DNA of 64,000 nucleotides from Camelus dromedarius (taxonomy: Eukaryota): positions 113,028,001-113,092,000 of the forward strand of contig NC_087436.1 of NCBI RefSeq assembly GCF_036321535.1, read 5' to 3'. Below are positions 50,073 through 63,207 of the stretch, piece after piece; the stretch's first letter is position 1; each line of letters starts with the position of its first letter. The notes under the pieces were generated by a model. That model did not search any database and was not told where the DNA came from. It was given only the letters and a program-made list of their open reading frames with translations. The position numbers and the translations under genes were made by a program.

Positions 50073-52099
50073 AATTCACGGGACGATCATAGAGCTCTTC
50101 TGTGGTGATCTCTGTCTCTCTCTCCATGTGCAAAGATTGTATTTCAGAAGAACTTGTCACTGATTAAGTCATCACATTTTTTATTGAGCACATATTAGGG
50201 CAGACACTGGGTACAGTCCTGGGACGTAAAGATAATAGGACAAATCTCCACCAGATGGACCAATGGAGAAACAGATGAGCTGTATGATGACACTTTTGTG
50301 AAATGAGTGTGAAATAGGATAAGGACCCAGCATGATGATGAAGAGACTAGACTCTGGAGCCAGACTGCCTGGCTCTGCTGTGCCACTTACCATTTCTTGT
50401 GCCACTTACACATTTCTTAACCTCACTGTCTCTCAGTTTCCTCATCTGTAAAATGGGAAGAATAATTGTTGTGAAGATCAAGTGAGTTCAGACATGCAAA
50501 ACACTTGAAAGAGTGCTCAGTAAGTGTTCACTCTTGCTACTGTGACTATGTACTAGTTTCCAGGTGGTAAGGAAGACACCTGAGATCACCTGTGGTTCCC
50601 CTTGGGCACAGGGGAAGAGGTAGAGGGAGATTAGAGAAAAGGAGCTGGGCTTTTGAGCTGAGCTTTGAATGGTAACCTAATCAGGCAGACAAAGACAGCA
50701 ATGGCATTACGAGCAAACAAAACAGCATGTGCAGAGGTCCTGAGGCATGCAGAAACAAGGCATCCTGGGACCACAGTTATCTGTATTTGCTGGGATTATA
50801 GGTTGCATATGGGTGACTTTTGGAGATGTGACTATGAAAGTAAGCAGAGGTTAGATCCCAAAGAGTCTAATGTGCCCAGCTAAAGGGTGCTTGCATGAAA
50901 AATTAGGTAGGATAACATCTTTTTCAAGTGGCTGAATACCCACCTCAAAAGGGCTTAAGTGAAAATGGCATTTAATGGTGGTCATAACTGAAAAGTCCAC
51001 AGGGAGAGCTGGCTATTATAGACATGTCTGGATCAGGACCCAAATGATGACTCCAAGTCACATTTCTATCCTTTATCTCCATTTTTCAACCTCATCTGTG
51101 CATATCTCCATTCTTCTATGATATTATGCTTTGTGATGGTGAGATGGCTTTTAGAGGCTCACAGGTTTAAGTCCAATGGGAAAGGATGAGATTCTCTTCT
51201 GTAGATGTCCCAGCAAAGTCTTGTGGCTCTGTTTGAGTTCCCTGAACCACTTATATTGGTGAGTGGAATACTATGTTCTGACTAATCAGGCCAGTGATCT
51301 ACAAACTGCAAGAGTCAGTTCTACTTAGAAGCTCAAAGACCTAGCATATAAGGGAGGATGGTCCTTCAGGAGGAAACTGGGTATGAATAGCAGAAAAGGG
51401 GCATGTATTTCAGGTTGCAAAACCCAAATAAGTTCAAGACACATTTTATATTGTAGAGACTGGAGGCCCACTGCTGGCTTTTAAGCTATGGAGTGACATG
51501 ACCATATTTGTAATTGAGAAGGATAAATCTAACCTAGTGTGAAGAATGGATTGGAAGGTTGTGGCCAGAGGCAAAGGTTCAGTGGAAAAGTTTCCTACTA
51601 GTCCAGGGAAGAGATGATGAGTATATGAACAAAACCTCAGCATTGGGAGTGGAAACCTGCAACGACTCAGAAATGTACATGGAGGGCTAGAACCATAAAC
51701 ATTTCTGCTGAACAAAATTCCCTGGGGAAGGGAGGGAAGACATCTAGACTATTCCTTAGGTTTTGGCTTTGGGGTCAGGGTGAGTAGTGAGGCCATTTAC
51801 TCTAAGTGGAGGTACAGAAGGAAAGAGAGAAAGAGGAAGGTATAAAACAACAAATAGCTAATATCTAAAATGTAGTTATGTCCATGCCATTTTTCATTGA
51901 GTGGCAGAGAAAAAGTAGATTTAGAGTTTATGGATTCTTTTTTGCTTCATCACAAACAAAATGATGGATGACCTTAGGATGCCCTTATGTACACACGGGT
52001 ACAAGGAAACACATGTGTCCTACAGATGTGTAACATAGGTACACACATGTTCACGTACATACAGTTTTGTGTTAGCCTTACTCTTTCCTTTTCTGTTTG

Positions 52100-54942
52100 T
52101 TTATTTTGCCCTTTTCTTCTCTTCCGCTGCTGACTAATGTATTCATTCTGTAGTTTATCAATCTTTGTAAGTGGCTTTAAATCCTTCTGGAACGAGATGG
52201 TACAGTGTCAATAAATATTTCTTAATACATATTCATTAAAAGTCAGCCCTTACAAAAGATGACAGGAATGAGACTTGGGTTTTTTTAAACCAAAATTGTT
52301 CTTCCTTACACAAATATCAGTAGAGGTAGATAAATTATATCTGTTTTTTTTTTTTGGGGGGGGGATAAAAGACAACTGCTTTTGTATAAGAGTTTATCCT
52401 TTTAATACCAAAATAGCCTTTCTATTCCCACTTTAGCTCTCTGATCCCTGTCACCATCTTGCCAGATATTTCAAAATAAAATTCATCACTTGGCCTAGAA
52501 CCAGTTAAAGAAACTTCAGTTTAAAAAGCTACTCAAAATAGGCTTTGTAATGAAAGAAACATTTAGGAGATAAGAAAGTAAACAATGTCCCAAAAATGAA
52601 TGCATTAAAGGATCATGATCAGAAGAAAAATTTAAACCGCATAATAATCTTCTGAGTCATGACTGTCGGCAATAACGTCTCCATTTCCGGTTTCTCCAGT
52701 GAATCCCATGGTCTTCAAAAGGCACGTATTTTGTTGTTCCCCAGATTAGCTTCTTCTGTTGGTGGTTTTTTTTTTTTTTTTCAATTTACAGCTTGGAATT
52801 CCAGGTTCAATTGCTATACAGAGGCAGGTGACTATGTCAGACCACCTTTTCTCTCACTTCTTGGTCTAATTTTTATTGCCCCTGGCCTCCCAGACCCACA
52901 TGCTGACTCAGAGGCAGAGCAACAAGTGGAAAAAGCATGGAAGGAGGAGGAAGACGAAGGAAGCAAGACAGACCTGAGAGATGGGAGAAGCAAGGACCAC
53001 CCCTATGCACAGTGGCTTGGTCATTGTAAATTTTACCCTTGGTAATGGCCAACCCAGCTCTGGAATGCACAGGGGCTCCACACTATCCCACAAGTAAAGC
53101 CCCTAATCCCTAGGTTGACGTTTGGGGGGACTCTTGCAAGTATGGCTCACGGATTTCTCTTTTGGGTTTCTGTTCTCGCTTTCATGCTCTGTCCCTATTA
53201 CAGCTTCTCTCTGAAGTGCCCTTCCCCCATGCTGGCCACTCCGAGTCCTCTCTGTCACTTCAGACCCAGGGGGCAGAGATTTCTCTAGCTGTTTTCTCTC
53301 ACATTGTAATTTGGAAGTTAATCTTTCCTCCTCAGCATTCCTTCCAAAGTATTTTGTCTCTGTCTCCCATTTAGCACTTAGCATGTTTTAGAACGTTCAT
53401 GTCCAGAATTCTAGGTATTTTGTGTGTGAGTGCATGTCATTTCCTTTCTTGTATCCTTAGAAATGTTGACGACAGAGGCTGCACCATATTCATGTTGGTG
53501 TTGTTTCACCTTCACAGAACCCAATGTGGTGATTCATATGTAGGAGACATTAAGACATATTTATTAACTGAATGAGCAAAGGGAGGAATACATAGAAGGA
53601 GGGTCACATGATGCAAGGAAATACCATTACTACCAGCCAAGGGAGTGGGGGTGAGAGAATTATGGGTGAGATTAACTGAGGAATTGCAGTTCAGTGCGGA
53701 ACAAGATGTCACCGCTGTGAGAAAGTGGGACTAAGGGATGTGTGAAACTTGGAAGGGACAGCCATTTGCTCTGGTGTTTGATCATGCCCTCTCCTCCTCC
53801 TGTTACTCCTCCCATCAACTCATTCATAAACCAGTGAATATATACTTCGTTTTATTTGAATTCAATACCTGGGAAATCCATTAAAACAATGTCCTGCTAC
53901 AATGTAAAGTAGTGCCTGTGAGAGTGCCTGAGTATCTGCAAGAAAGCTGAGAGGACAAATACTTGTCCTGGGAGACCATCACAGTAAAGAATCTAGGAGA
54001 ATGATCTGCTGACTGGTCTCTGTAACTTGTTTCTTTTCATTTTGATTACTCCTCCTGGGGTATCTAGATTTTCCACCACTTCTTGATTCAAATACCAATG
54101 GTGTTTTGAGGATGAAGTGGGGAGAATGCAGCTGCTGAATTCTTTGTTTTATTTGCACCCCTCCCACTTACTTAACAATACACACCTTAGCACACATGGT
54201 GTCCTTCCATGCTCTGGCCCCCACTCCTAGGAAGAGAAGGTCCTGTGCCTCCAGCATTGAGTCAATCTATTTGCCATGGTGCTCATCATGCTGAGCTGTG
54301 ACAGCATGCAGATCACACACTAGCCCGTATGAAGGTAGGAATTTTATCTTAACTCATTATTGAATCTGACCCAGCATCATAGCGTCTGGCTCATACAGGC
54401 TCATTAAAGAGTTGTTGAGTGAATATATACAAGCATAAGGGAATTAATAATACAACAAAAAAATCACTTCACTTTGGCTTGCTTGAAAGTACTTGGCAAC
54501 TCTTACCTTTATTTTATTTTTTTTTCTTACTGTAGCCTTCTGAGAATTGTCAAGGAATTTGGGATGTTATGATTCTCTTAAATAATAGGCAGAAATGCAA
54601 TTTTACAAAGATTTAATGAGACAATATCATTGCCAGCTGGTTTTAGCACTCACGGAATTTAATAGAATTTGTAACGTTGTCTTTATTTGTTTAAATATTT
54701 GTGAACATTGCTTTTGAGAGAACATATCTGGGGTTATTCTTTTATATAATTCATTCTGTTGCGGTTTCATCGGTTTGGTGGGTCAACTTGTTTTAATAGA
54801 TTCTGCTAGAACTGTCTGTAAATGCTCTGGAGTCTGAGTGGGGGTCTTTTTTGGATCTCATTTCTTCTTGTTCCACCTTCCAGGGCCCCAGATTAAGTCA
54901 AAGTTTCTTCCACAAGGATCCTGGGGCATTTGGGCCAGCAGA
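52100..54942 (-). other. C1QTNF7: Probable C1QTNF7 3'UTR with several candidate AATAAA signals; true end uncertain
   Basis: Downstream of the stop codon, TTTATT on + (AATAAA on -) occurs at 54682-54687, 54508-54518 (tandem), 52872-52877 and 52100-52105, among others. Confidence 0.4.
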
Positions 54943-55574
54943 TCAGAGCTCATCATCTTCTGATATGGAATCTAGATAATCCGTGTCAACATAGAGGAGA
55001 AATCCGGAGAACAAGCTGTCTGCCCAGCCTGGGTCTGAGAAGAGGCCGTTCTGGTCAGTGAAGAAGATCTCCAGCCAGACTTCATCTTCTGGCTGCAGGT
55101 AGATGACTGTGGACCCCGAAGCCACGTCATGGTTTCCTGTGTTGGCGTCAAAAGTCTTTATCCGGTACTGCCCGTTGTGTACCAGCCCAATGGCCAGATG
55201 CTTATTTGCCAATGTGATATCATAAGAAAAGTAATAGATCCCAGGGAACGCACAGATGAACTTCCCTGTTGCAGGGTTGTAGTGCTCTCCCTCATTGAAG
55301 AGGACCTTGTTAAATATGATAGGTAGCCTTTCTTCTGGGTAGCTTGTGGTGATGCCAACAGAGAAGGCAGATTTGAGCACGATGCTTCCACATCTACAAA
55401 CACCAGGCAGCCCCGGGTCCCCTTGCTCCCCTCTGTCTCCTTTTGGTCCAGGAGGCCCAACAGGACCTACTTCTCCTTTCTCTCCCTCAGGTCCCATGGG
55501 TCCTTTCTTCCCAGTCTCTCCCTGGTCCCCTTTCTCTCCAGCAAGGCCCAGTGGTCCGGTCTTACCTCTCAGAC
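54943..55574 (-). CDS. C1QTNF7: C1QTNF7 last coding exon: rest of collagen domain and C1q globular domain
   Basis: Acceptor tctgtttgaag|GT completes the split Gly codon, then [29 protein letters not shown]...[49 protein letters not shown]...[22 protein letters not shown] and TGA at 54945-54943. It is 632 nt; the two exons give 870 nt (289 aa) with 34 uninterrupted Gly-X-Y triplets. Confidence 0.98.
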
Positions 55575-56024
55575 CTTCAAACAGAGTTTATAGTGGAATT
55601 AGTAGATTCTGTAAATATAGAGTCACAAACAGCATGCCCACAGACCCTAAATTTTGTTTTTTCAGTCAATTTCAACAGTATACTACTAAATAATTAATAT
55701 TTTAAAAAATCACTGATGCATTAAAGTGGAAATAGAAAAATCTCATGAGAACATCAAGAACAACTTCTTGCATGTGTAGGAAGTCATTTAAATCCCAATT
55801 AATTTAAAATAATTAACCATCATTTTGATGATGGATCACCTGCTGCTAAACTAGTCACTTACAGATACTCATCACCACAGGAGGAATTCAGTGGGCACAA
55901 TGATATTATCCCCCGGAGTGGGATCATGGGGGCAGAGAGAACAAGATGAATGCTTAGAGGCTACTTAGTTTCATGCCCCATTCTCCTTCTATCAGTGTTA
56001 ATAATAAAAATGTTAAAATTAGAT

Positions 56025-56255
56025 GAGCTCATATTTATTGAACATTTAGCACGCACCAGGGGCAATGCTTTGTGTGCATGCATTATCTTCTTTAAGTCTT
56101 ACCACAACTTTATGAACTAGGATTTCATATTACTTTCACTGTAGATGAGAAAACTGAGCCATGGAGAAGATAGTTCGCTCAAGGGAACAGAGCTAGTGAG
56201 TGATGGAGCTGTGATCTGAACTCATGCCTGCCTGACTCTGGTGCCTGAACATCTC
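56025..56255. mobile_element. MIR SINE in the C1QTNF7 intron (further MIR remnants near 12490-12930, 18160-18280, 28400-28600, 32730-32870, 50340-50530)
   Basis: atttattgaacattta...tgtagatgagaaaactgag...gctcaaggg.acagagctagtgagtg...tgaactcatgcctgcctgactc. Confidence 0.75.
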
Positions 56256-59067
56256 CTGGGGCAGTGGCCAGAGTATAAATTGTAAAGTGCACCTGCAACA
56301 CAGCGAGGGCTCTTCAATATGCCACGATAACTAAGCAAGGATGACTGCCACCACTGCAGGTAGTTCTTTTTTGGAGGAGAAAACTGAGTCCCAGAGAGGT
56401 GAAGAAACTTGCTTTAGTAGCAAGGCTGGGACTGGAATCCAAGTTTCCCCTTCACCAAAATGCCTCTTACCTTTGGGGCTGAAATCAAAAAGCTTTCATT
56501 CTTTTTGGCACCACAGCTAAATGGTTGTATTATTTTAGACAGATCTTTTAATTTCTCTGGGTCTCCATGTATATAGAAAAGATACGAGAGTTGTGGAAGG
56601 ATTTCAACAAATTCAAAATCATCATACAGGAATATTTTCTGTTTGTCCAGATCTTTATATCTACAGATCAATCAGAGGCCAAATGGAGAGAAATTATGAT
56701 CATGGTTTGAAAATGATAAGTAAAATCTATTTAATGTTTAAGTCATATATGTAATAACAGTGTTTAGAAGCATCAAAATGTCATTCAATTTTTTTTGTCA
56801 AAAGCATTCCATAAATAGTGCTTGTATAATGATACTTTATTGAAAAGTATCCAAATTATTGGTAATTTGTAATGCAATTTTGTAGTCAGGGAAACTATAT
56901 CGTTGTTACATTGCATAGCTTTACTCTTAACTATGTATCTGTTCTGAGGAACCTTTATGAAGCTAAGCCTTTTATCTTGATAGTGCTTTAATATAACTTA
57001 TTTGAATATTACACATACATCAATATGAGTCTGACCATTTTTTAGTTATTTGGCAAATTTAGCAATGAAGCATTCTGGATACTACAAGTTTCAGGACAAT
57101 GAAATCTTTACCCTTAAAACATTAAGTATTTTGTTTTAATAATTTTAGAAGAGGTTGTTTAATAATTTGTGATGCACGGAAGATGCTAATAATGAATTAG
57201 CAACTGTTTTTTGGTGACTAGGGTCAGCGTTGTTACTGACCCCAGGACCATCCCCCGGTTCTACATGACTTCTGTTATTCGGTTGAAATTCCACTGGCCC
57301 CAGTCAGAACACACTCTGGTATTTATTTCTTGAAATAAGGCCATGATAGTCTGATCTTTCAATGTTTGCTTCTTTTTGGTAGAAATGGAATATGAATACT
57401 ATTTTACTGTTAAATTAACTTTGGAATCAAGGACTAACACAACTTATACATTGTTATTTTATGTTCAGTAGGAGCTTAACTTTCGCTGTCTTAATCAGTG
57501 ACCTTAGATACAGCAATAAAAACACATTTTGACATCAGTAGCAATTCCTACCATTAAATTTCATTTTGTATTGAAATTCCTCTGCCTCTATAACTTTGGT
57601 CAAGTCACTTCTTGTCTGAGTTTCAAATGACCCATTTGTACGGTGAAGAAATTGGATGTAAATCCAGTCTAAACCTAGTGGGGAAAGTAGTAGACAGTGA
57701 CTCAGTAGACCTGAAAAAGCCCTTGTCCAGCCCTGGATTAGTTAGATGAGTCTGAAGAAGGGGCTTTGTCCTTCTAACTTTAGTTTCCCGGTTCTTGAAA
57801 TGAGGGTGTTGGACTAGATTGCTAGAGGTCTCATCCTCTTGAAAATTCTTTGAGACCAAGCCAGAAATACTAAGATACAAGTTCATAGTGTGAGCCATGA
57901 AAAAGTCTTTACAATCTCAACACCTGGATTTCTGTAGCTATTTAATATTTTGAACTGCTGAGAGTTAGCTAATCAAGGGCTAGCTGTAATAATTTATTGA
58001 AATTCTTCCTGTTTGCATAAAGGATTTGCCCTTGTGATAAGGGACAATTAATGAAGAATGGAATGAAGGGATAAATCATTCTCCCCTCCCTATTCAGGGC
58101 AGACATCTGCTTGGTAGAGAGGAGAATTATGGAGTGTTAGTCTATGGTTAGATACTGAAGCTTGGAGAGAAAGGATTTCTTCTTAGTTCTTCATGAAATG
58201 AGTCTACAAGGAGTTTTTCTTCAGTACCATTTCTTTTTTCCATCCATCCATCCATGCATCAGTCCATCCTAGATTTACGTGTGCATGCATGCATCCATCT
58301 AAACCATCTAATACTGACTGATCATCCACTACATGCTAGGCACTGTGCTAGGGGCTGTGGGTGACTGACATGGGAGAAAAGTGAGAACTACTGAACGAGC
58401 AGAGGACAACTGTGTGGCTGGACAGAGCTATAAGCTATAAGACATCTATTTTTTTTTTAGCTGTTACAGGACAGGTGGGAAAGTGTTGAACTGGGAAAGA
58501 TAGCCTTTTTAATACTACTGTCATGTCGTCTGTGAAAAGCAAAATCTAGAAGCCTTTTTGTGCCTTTGTTCAGGGTATTAGTGCAGAGCAGGATGGCCTC
58601 TGTGCCTCTGGCTCCTAATTTCTGCCCCCGCTTCATCTGTCTGTCTCCTCCCCATCCGTCTGTCTATCTATCCATCCATGCTCTCGCATCCAGCCACTGC
58701 CTGCTAGCTGCACCAGCCCAGCAGTCACGGGCTTCAGGTGTTCCAGGAGAATCCAGCTCTGTGCTTCACTAGCAGCTCACTTCTGTCCCCAGTGATGCGT
58801 GTCGTCATGCTATCGCTCTGTGTTCTCATCTGTACAGCATGATCATGGCCCCTTGAAGGAGCTGTCATTACAGTGAAATGGGAATGCAGGTAGAGAATTG
58901 GGAGCAGAGTCTGAAGCACAGTGAGGACTCAGTGAGTTGCTATGAGGAATGAAGGCGACGTAGAGCGGGGATTTAAGGAGCTAGTCTTGTTAGAAAAAGC
59001 AACAAAGCAAGGGAGTCATTTTAAGGTGGGGATGACAGAGGGGTGTTTATGGAACTTCATCCCTTAC

Positions 59068-59305
59068 CTGCAGCCCCCTTTTCGCCTTTCTCTCCTTTCC
59101 TGCCGTCTCTACCGTCTCGTCCTGGGAGGCCGATCCGACCATGGGGCCCCGGGGAGCCGTTTGCGCCAGGGGGTCCTGGAGGTCCGGGTAAGCCAGGAAC
59201 GCTGCAGATGTATTTGGGGGAGTAGCTGTCCCCTTTGAACTGATGGCCGCGAGGCTGTCCACTTGCACAAATGGCAAAACTTGTGACATAGAGCAAGACA
59301 AACAT
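59068..59305 (-). CDS. C1QTNF7: C1QTNF7 first coding exon: signal peptide, N-terminal Cys region and start of collagen domain (exon begins at 59313, 8 nt of 5'UTR)
   Basis: Minus strand reads ttttctcttccag|AGCCAAAG ATG and encodes [80 protein letters not shown], followed by donor GTAAGG. It is 238 nt (phase 1) and matches the recalled CTRP7 N-terminus. Confidence 0.97.
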
Positions 59306-59559
59306 CTTTGGCTCTGGAAGAGAAAAACACGGACATAAATGCACTCTCTTAGGTGGGAGTTCTGGCAGAGCTGAACATGAGAAAGGGCATTTGCAACAAT
59401 CCCCCCCAGCCCTCACCTCTCCACGCGTGTCTAAAACCCCTGTTCACCCTCATTATTCCACCGGATCAGCATGTTATTGATGGAGAGTTCTCAGTGCCCC
59501 ACACAAGGGTGGGTGGAGATGAAGTACTGATTTAAAATATTCCAAAATAAATCACTTTT

Positions 59560-59746
59560 TTTGGTATACATATCTTCTTTTGAAGTGTAATCAGTTTACA
59601 ATGTTGTGTCAGTTTCTGGTGTATAGCACAATGCTTCAGTCACACATGAACATACGTATATTCGTTTTCATACTCTTTTTCACTATAAGTTACTACAAGA
59701 TATTGAATATAGTTCACTATGCTAGAAAGTATGAACTTGTTTATCT
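59560..59746 (-). mobile_element. Short 3' end of a lineage-specific L1 in the intron upstream of the C1QTNF7 ATG exon
   Basis: ttttgaagtgtaatcagtttacaatgttgtgtc...tactacaagatattgaat; target-site duplication caaaataaatcacttt at 59543-59558 and 59747-59762. Confidence 0.85.
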
Positions 59747-61797
59747 CAAAATAAATCACTTTATTGCATTTTTTTTTCCTGCAGGAATCAAAGATGGACT
59801 TTTGAAAACAGATGTGTTTTCTTTGAAAAAGTGCCCATTTTTTGAAAGAAAATTAGAAATGCAAATGAATAGGATAAACATTAATGTTATTCCTACACCC
59901 AGAGGTAATTACTCTTTACATTTTGACGTCTACATCTTTCTGGTCTCTTTTTCTGTGCTCTGAAGAAAATTGCTATCATATCATTCCTGCAACTCTTTAA
60001 CTTTTTTCACTTAATATGTCATGAGCGTCTTCCCATGTCAAAAAGTATTCAGAAGATTAAAAAACTGTTGCATTTGTCCTGCTGTTTTTTATGTACTCTG
60101 TTCCCTGTCACAGACATGTGCTTCCAGTTTCTTGCCAGTGTAAACACCGTGCTAGGTAGGCATCCTCGTAGCTAACCTTTGCATGCACCCGTGGTCGTTT
60201 CCTTAGAATTTATGGGCTTTTTAAAGCAAGAGAAAGGAAGTGACATTTTCAGGAAAATCATGTTTTTCACATGAGAATCATGTGTCATGCCAATTAGTGC
60301 TAATTGGAGTACTCTGCATGTCCGGAGTCAGGGGGGTGTCTCAAACTTTAATTCAAAACCTGCAGGATACAATGCCACGATATCCCATTAATCTGTTAGC
60401 ACTGGGGTTCCCTTAAAGAGCTGAGTGAAATTAATTCATGCACAGAGCCACGTGCTCCGAGTGAAGCAGGCAGCAGGTCCCTTCAGCTGTGATCCAATGA
60501 GATTTGGTATTTCCCTCCACAAAGCTGGGCAGCTGAGAGTGATGGATCGTTTATTAGCATGGCATTTGGCATATAGGCTGGGGACACAATTTTCTAGGCT
60601 AATGGTCTTTAGGATTACCAGCATCGAGGATGGGACAATGTATATATGTGGTTCTGGGGTGGTGTAAATGAGTGGTTTTTGCATGGTTGGGCCTGTGCTT
60701 TAATAAGAAACCTGTGCGAGGCTTGATGTACATGCCTGGTGCATACTTGCCTAAAGGAAATAATTATAACATGTGGGAAAAGCAATTGGATGGAGTTTCT
60801 GTGTGTTCTGACAGCCACACCAGAAAATTAGCCAGCACACTGTACCACTTTTATGGCGCCCAGGGGGAAATTGCAACATCTTGGAATTAGATCTAGAAAT
60901 TTGCCAGAGCATTGGAATGACAAACTGAGAAAAACACAGTGTGCACATGTCATTTGAAATACATCTGATTCCTAGAAATCTTATTAGTGAAAAACTGAAG
61001 CAACTTATCCAAATATAGGTTCTGTATCCTTGACCAAATCTCCATGTTACCAGCGTCCTGTCCCTTCCAATAAAACCAAAAAAAAAAAAAAAAATCAAAG
61101 AGAACATTTTTGTTGTCTACTTATAGAGCACAAACTCAAAATTACTTATCCCATTACTCAACTGGGATTAAGGCACTTTCTTTACCAGCAGATCCGATAA
61201 ACATTCTAGCCCTTCTGAAGGTGCCTCAGATGAAAGAAAATGGAAAGAATCTTTTATCCAAACCTCTGCCAGTTAAAACAAGACATGATGATTAAATTGC
61301 TAGTTCTCCCTTGGGGAAAAAAAGAACAACAACTGATTAGAGGAGGCTTTGAGAAGGGATTTGAAAGAAGAGAACAGATATGTATAAGGAGGCTTTTAGC
61401 CAGGCATGGGATGAGACGCTGTAACTGGGGCCAGGAGCTGGTTCTAAGTGGGACTAAAGAGATCTGGAGAGAAAGTGCTTTGGGCAGTGGCATCTCAGAC
61501 ATTGGTGGAGATGTTGGAAACACACATGCCAACAGGTGCGGGTCAGTCTATGATGGAGCATGTAATAAGAGTCACGATTATGATGATAGAGGATGCAGAC
61601 ATTTTAAAGATGTGCTCAGAAAAAAGAATATTAATGTTTCCAACAGCCAGGCCAAAAGGTGCTCAAAGAAGGAATAAATCAAAACAACCAAAACAGATGC
61701 ACTCATTGAACAAATGGGTTGCCTTTCGTTGACAAATGCACTGGAGAATGATCTGTACATAGTATAAATACTGAAAGCATCCCCAGTTGAAGATTTT

Positions 61798-61955
61798 TTA
61801 ATTTTTATTTTAATTTTATTTATTTATTTTTAAAAATTTTGTTGAGGGGGAGGTAATTAGGTTTATTTATTTATTTTTAATGGAGGTACTGGGGATTGAA
61901 CCCAAGACCTTGTGCATGATAGGCATGCACTCTACCACTGAGCTATACTCTCCCC
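61798..61955 (-). mobile_element. tRNA-Ala-derived SINE (Vic-1 type)
   Basis: ggggaggtaattaggtttatttattt...ggaggtactggggattgaaccc...ctctaccactgagctatac; flanks ccccagttgaagatttt / ccccagttagaagatttt. Confidence 0.9.
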
Positions 61956-62169
61956 TCTCCCCCAGTTAGAAGATTTTGAAAGACACTCAGAATGGTTATC
62001 CATTAAAATCCTCATCAGAACTGAGGAGCAAGGTGATGATGGTATGGTGGTGAGTGGCCAGCCGAGGCTTGCGACTCAGTTCATCAAGATGACAACAGGT
62101 GTGGATTACAATGGAAAACTACAGTGGCATCACTTTGTAAAGGTTTTTCATTTCATTTCAAAGTCAGAA

Positions 62170-62675
62170 GCCTCATGGTCCATGGTCCTCAAGGCCCTAC
62201 TTGATTGGTCGCCCACCTTCCTCATCTCCCAGACTTCATCTTCCTCTAATCTCCTTCCCACGTCCTCAGCTCCAGTCACTGGAATCCTGGATGTTCCCCA
62301 AAGATGCCAGGTATGCTCTGCCTTTGGACCTTCACACTGGCTCTTCCCTCTGCCTAGAACTCTCTTCTCCAAGATGCATACATGTCTCACTCCCTCATCT
62401 GCTTATGTCTTTGCTCAGATGCTGCCCCTTCATTAAAACCAACCCTCACCTCCTTACCCAACATTGCGAATGACCTGCTGCTATTCCTGACCCTCCCTCA
62501 TTCTGCTCTATTTTTTTCTCTTCTCCAGTCTACTCATCAGCCTCGAACTTACTAGATTATTCTTATTTTTATTGTGCTATTTAAATATTATGTTCATGCA
62601 CCTGATAGGATGTAACTCCAGGAGAGCAGAAGCCTTTGGTATCTCCAACAGCCTAGAACAGTGCTTGGCACAAAA
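62170..62675 (+). mobile_element. L2 LINE 3' remnant
   Basis: caaggccctac...ctcttccctctgcctagaactctcttc...cagcctagaacagtgcttggcaca. Confidence 0.75.
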
Positions 62676-62944
62676 AAAATTCAGGCTTGGGGAGAAGTTT
62701 TTTTGGGGGGAAGGTGTGATTTTTGTGGAAAAAGAACTAGAGAGAAATTATGGAATATGGGAATATTACAAAAGAAAGAGAAAAGAAAGGATTTAGAGAA
62801 ATATTCCTGGGGTCTACAGGTCCCTTTTGTGGTGTTTGAGAAATACACATAAAGGGCTTGAGTTGTTTTACTTTCATATGGTCTAGAGTAGTCAAAGTGT
62901 TTATTTTTTTTGTACAGATAAAACATGCACAGTCATAAATTTTT

Positions 62945-63207
62945 GCTATTATTATTATTATTATTACTTTTTAATTGAATTATAGTCATATTACAATGTT
63001 GTGTCAAATTTCCAGTGTAGAGCACAATTTTTCAGTTATACATGAACATACATATATTCATTGTCACCTTTTTTTTCCACTGTGAGCTACCACAAGATCT
63101 TGAATATATTTCCCTGTGCTATACAGTATCATCTTGTTTATCTATTCTGCATATACCTGTCAGTATCTACAAATTTTGAACTCCCAGGTGGGAAGGGACA
63201 GACTAGG
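62945..63207 (-). mobile_element. Short lineage-specific L1 3' end with a small 5' inversion
   Basis: (TTA)n/T tail, then minus-strand L1 3'UTR to gaactccca, then sense fragment ggtgggaagggacagactagg; flanks agtcataaattttt / agtcataaaattttt. Confidence 0.82.

Noticed and set aside
55346..55693. Plus-strand Pro/Gly/Ser-rich ORFs opposite C1QTNF7 (also 59043-59225)
   Set aside because: Antisense shadows of the collagen Gly-X-Y codons.
59306..59416. N-terminal extension of the C1QTNF7 ORF in the track ([10 protein letters not shown]...LPEPK)
   Set aside because: The part upstream of the acceptor at 59314 is intronic open frame. Only AGCCAAAG is exonic, and it could be coding only if an upstream exon outside the window supplies an in-frame start.
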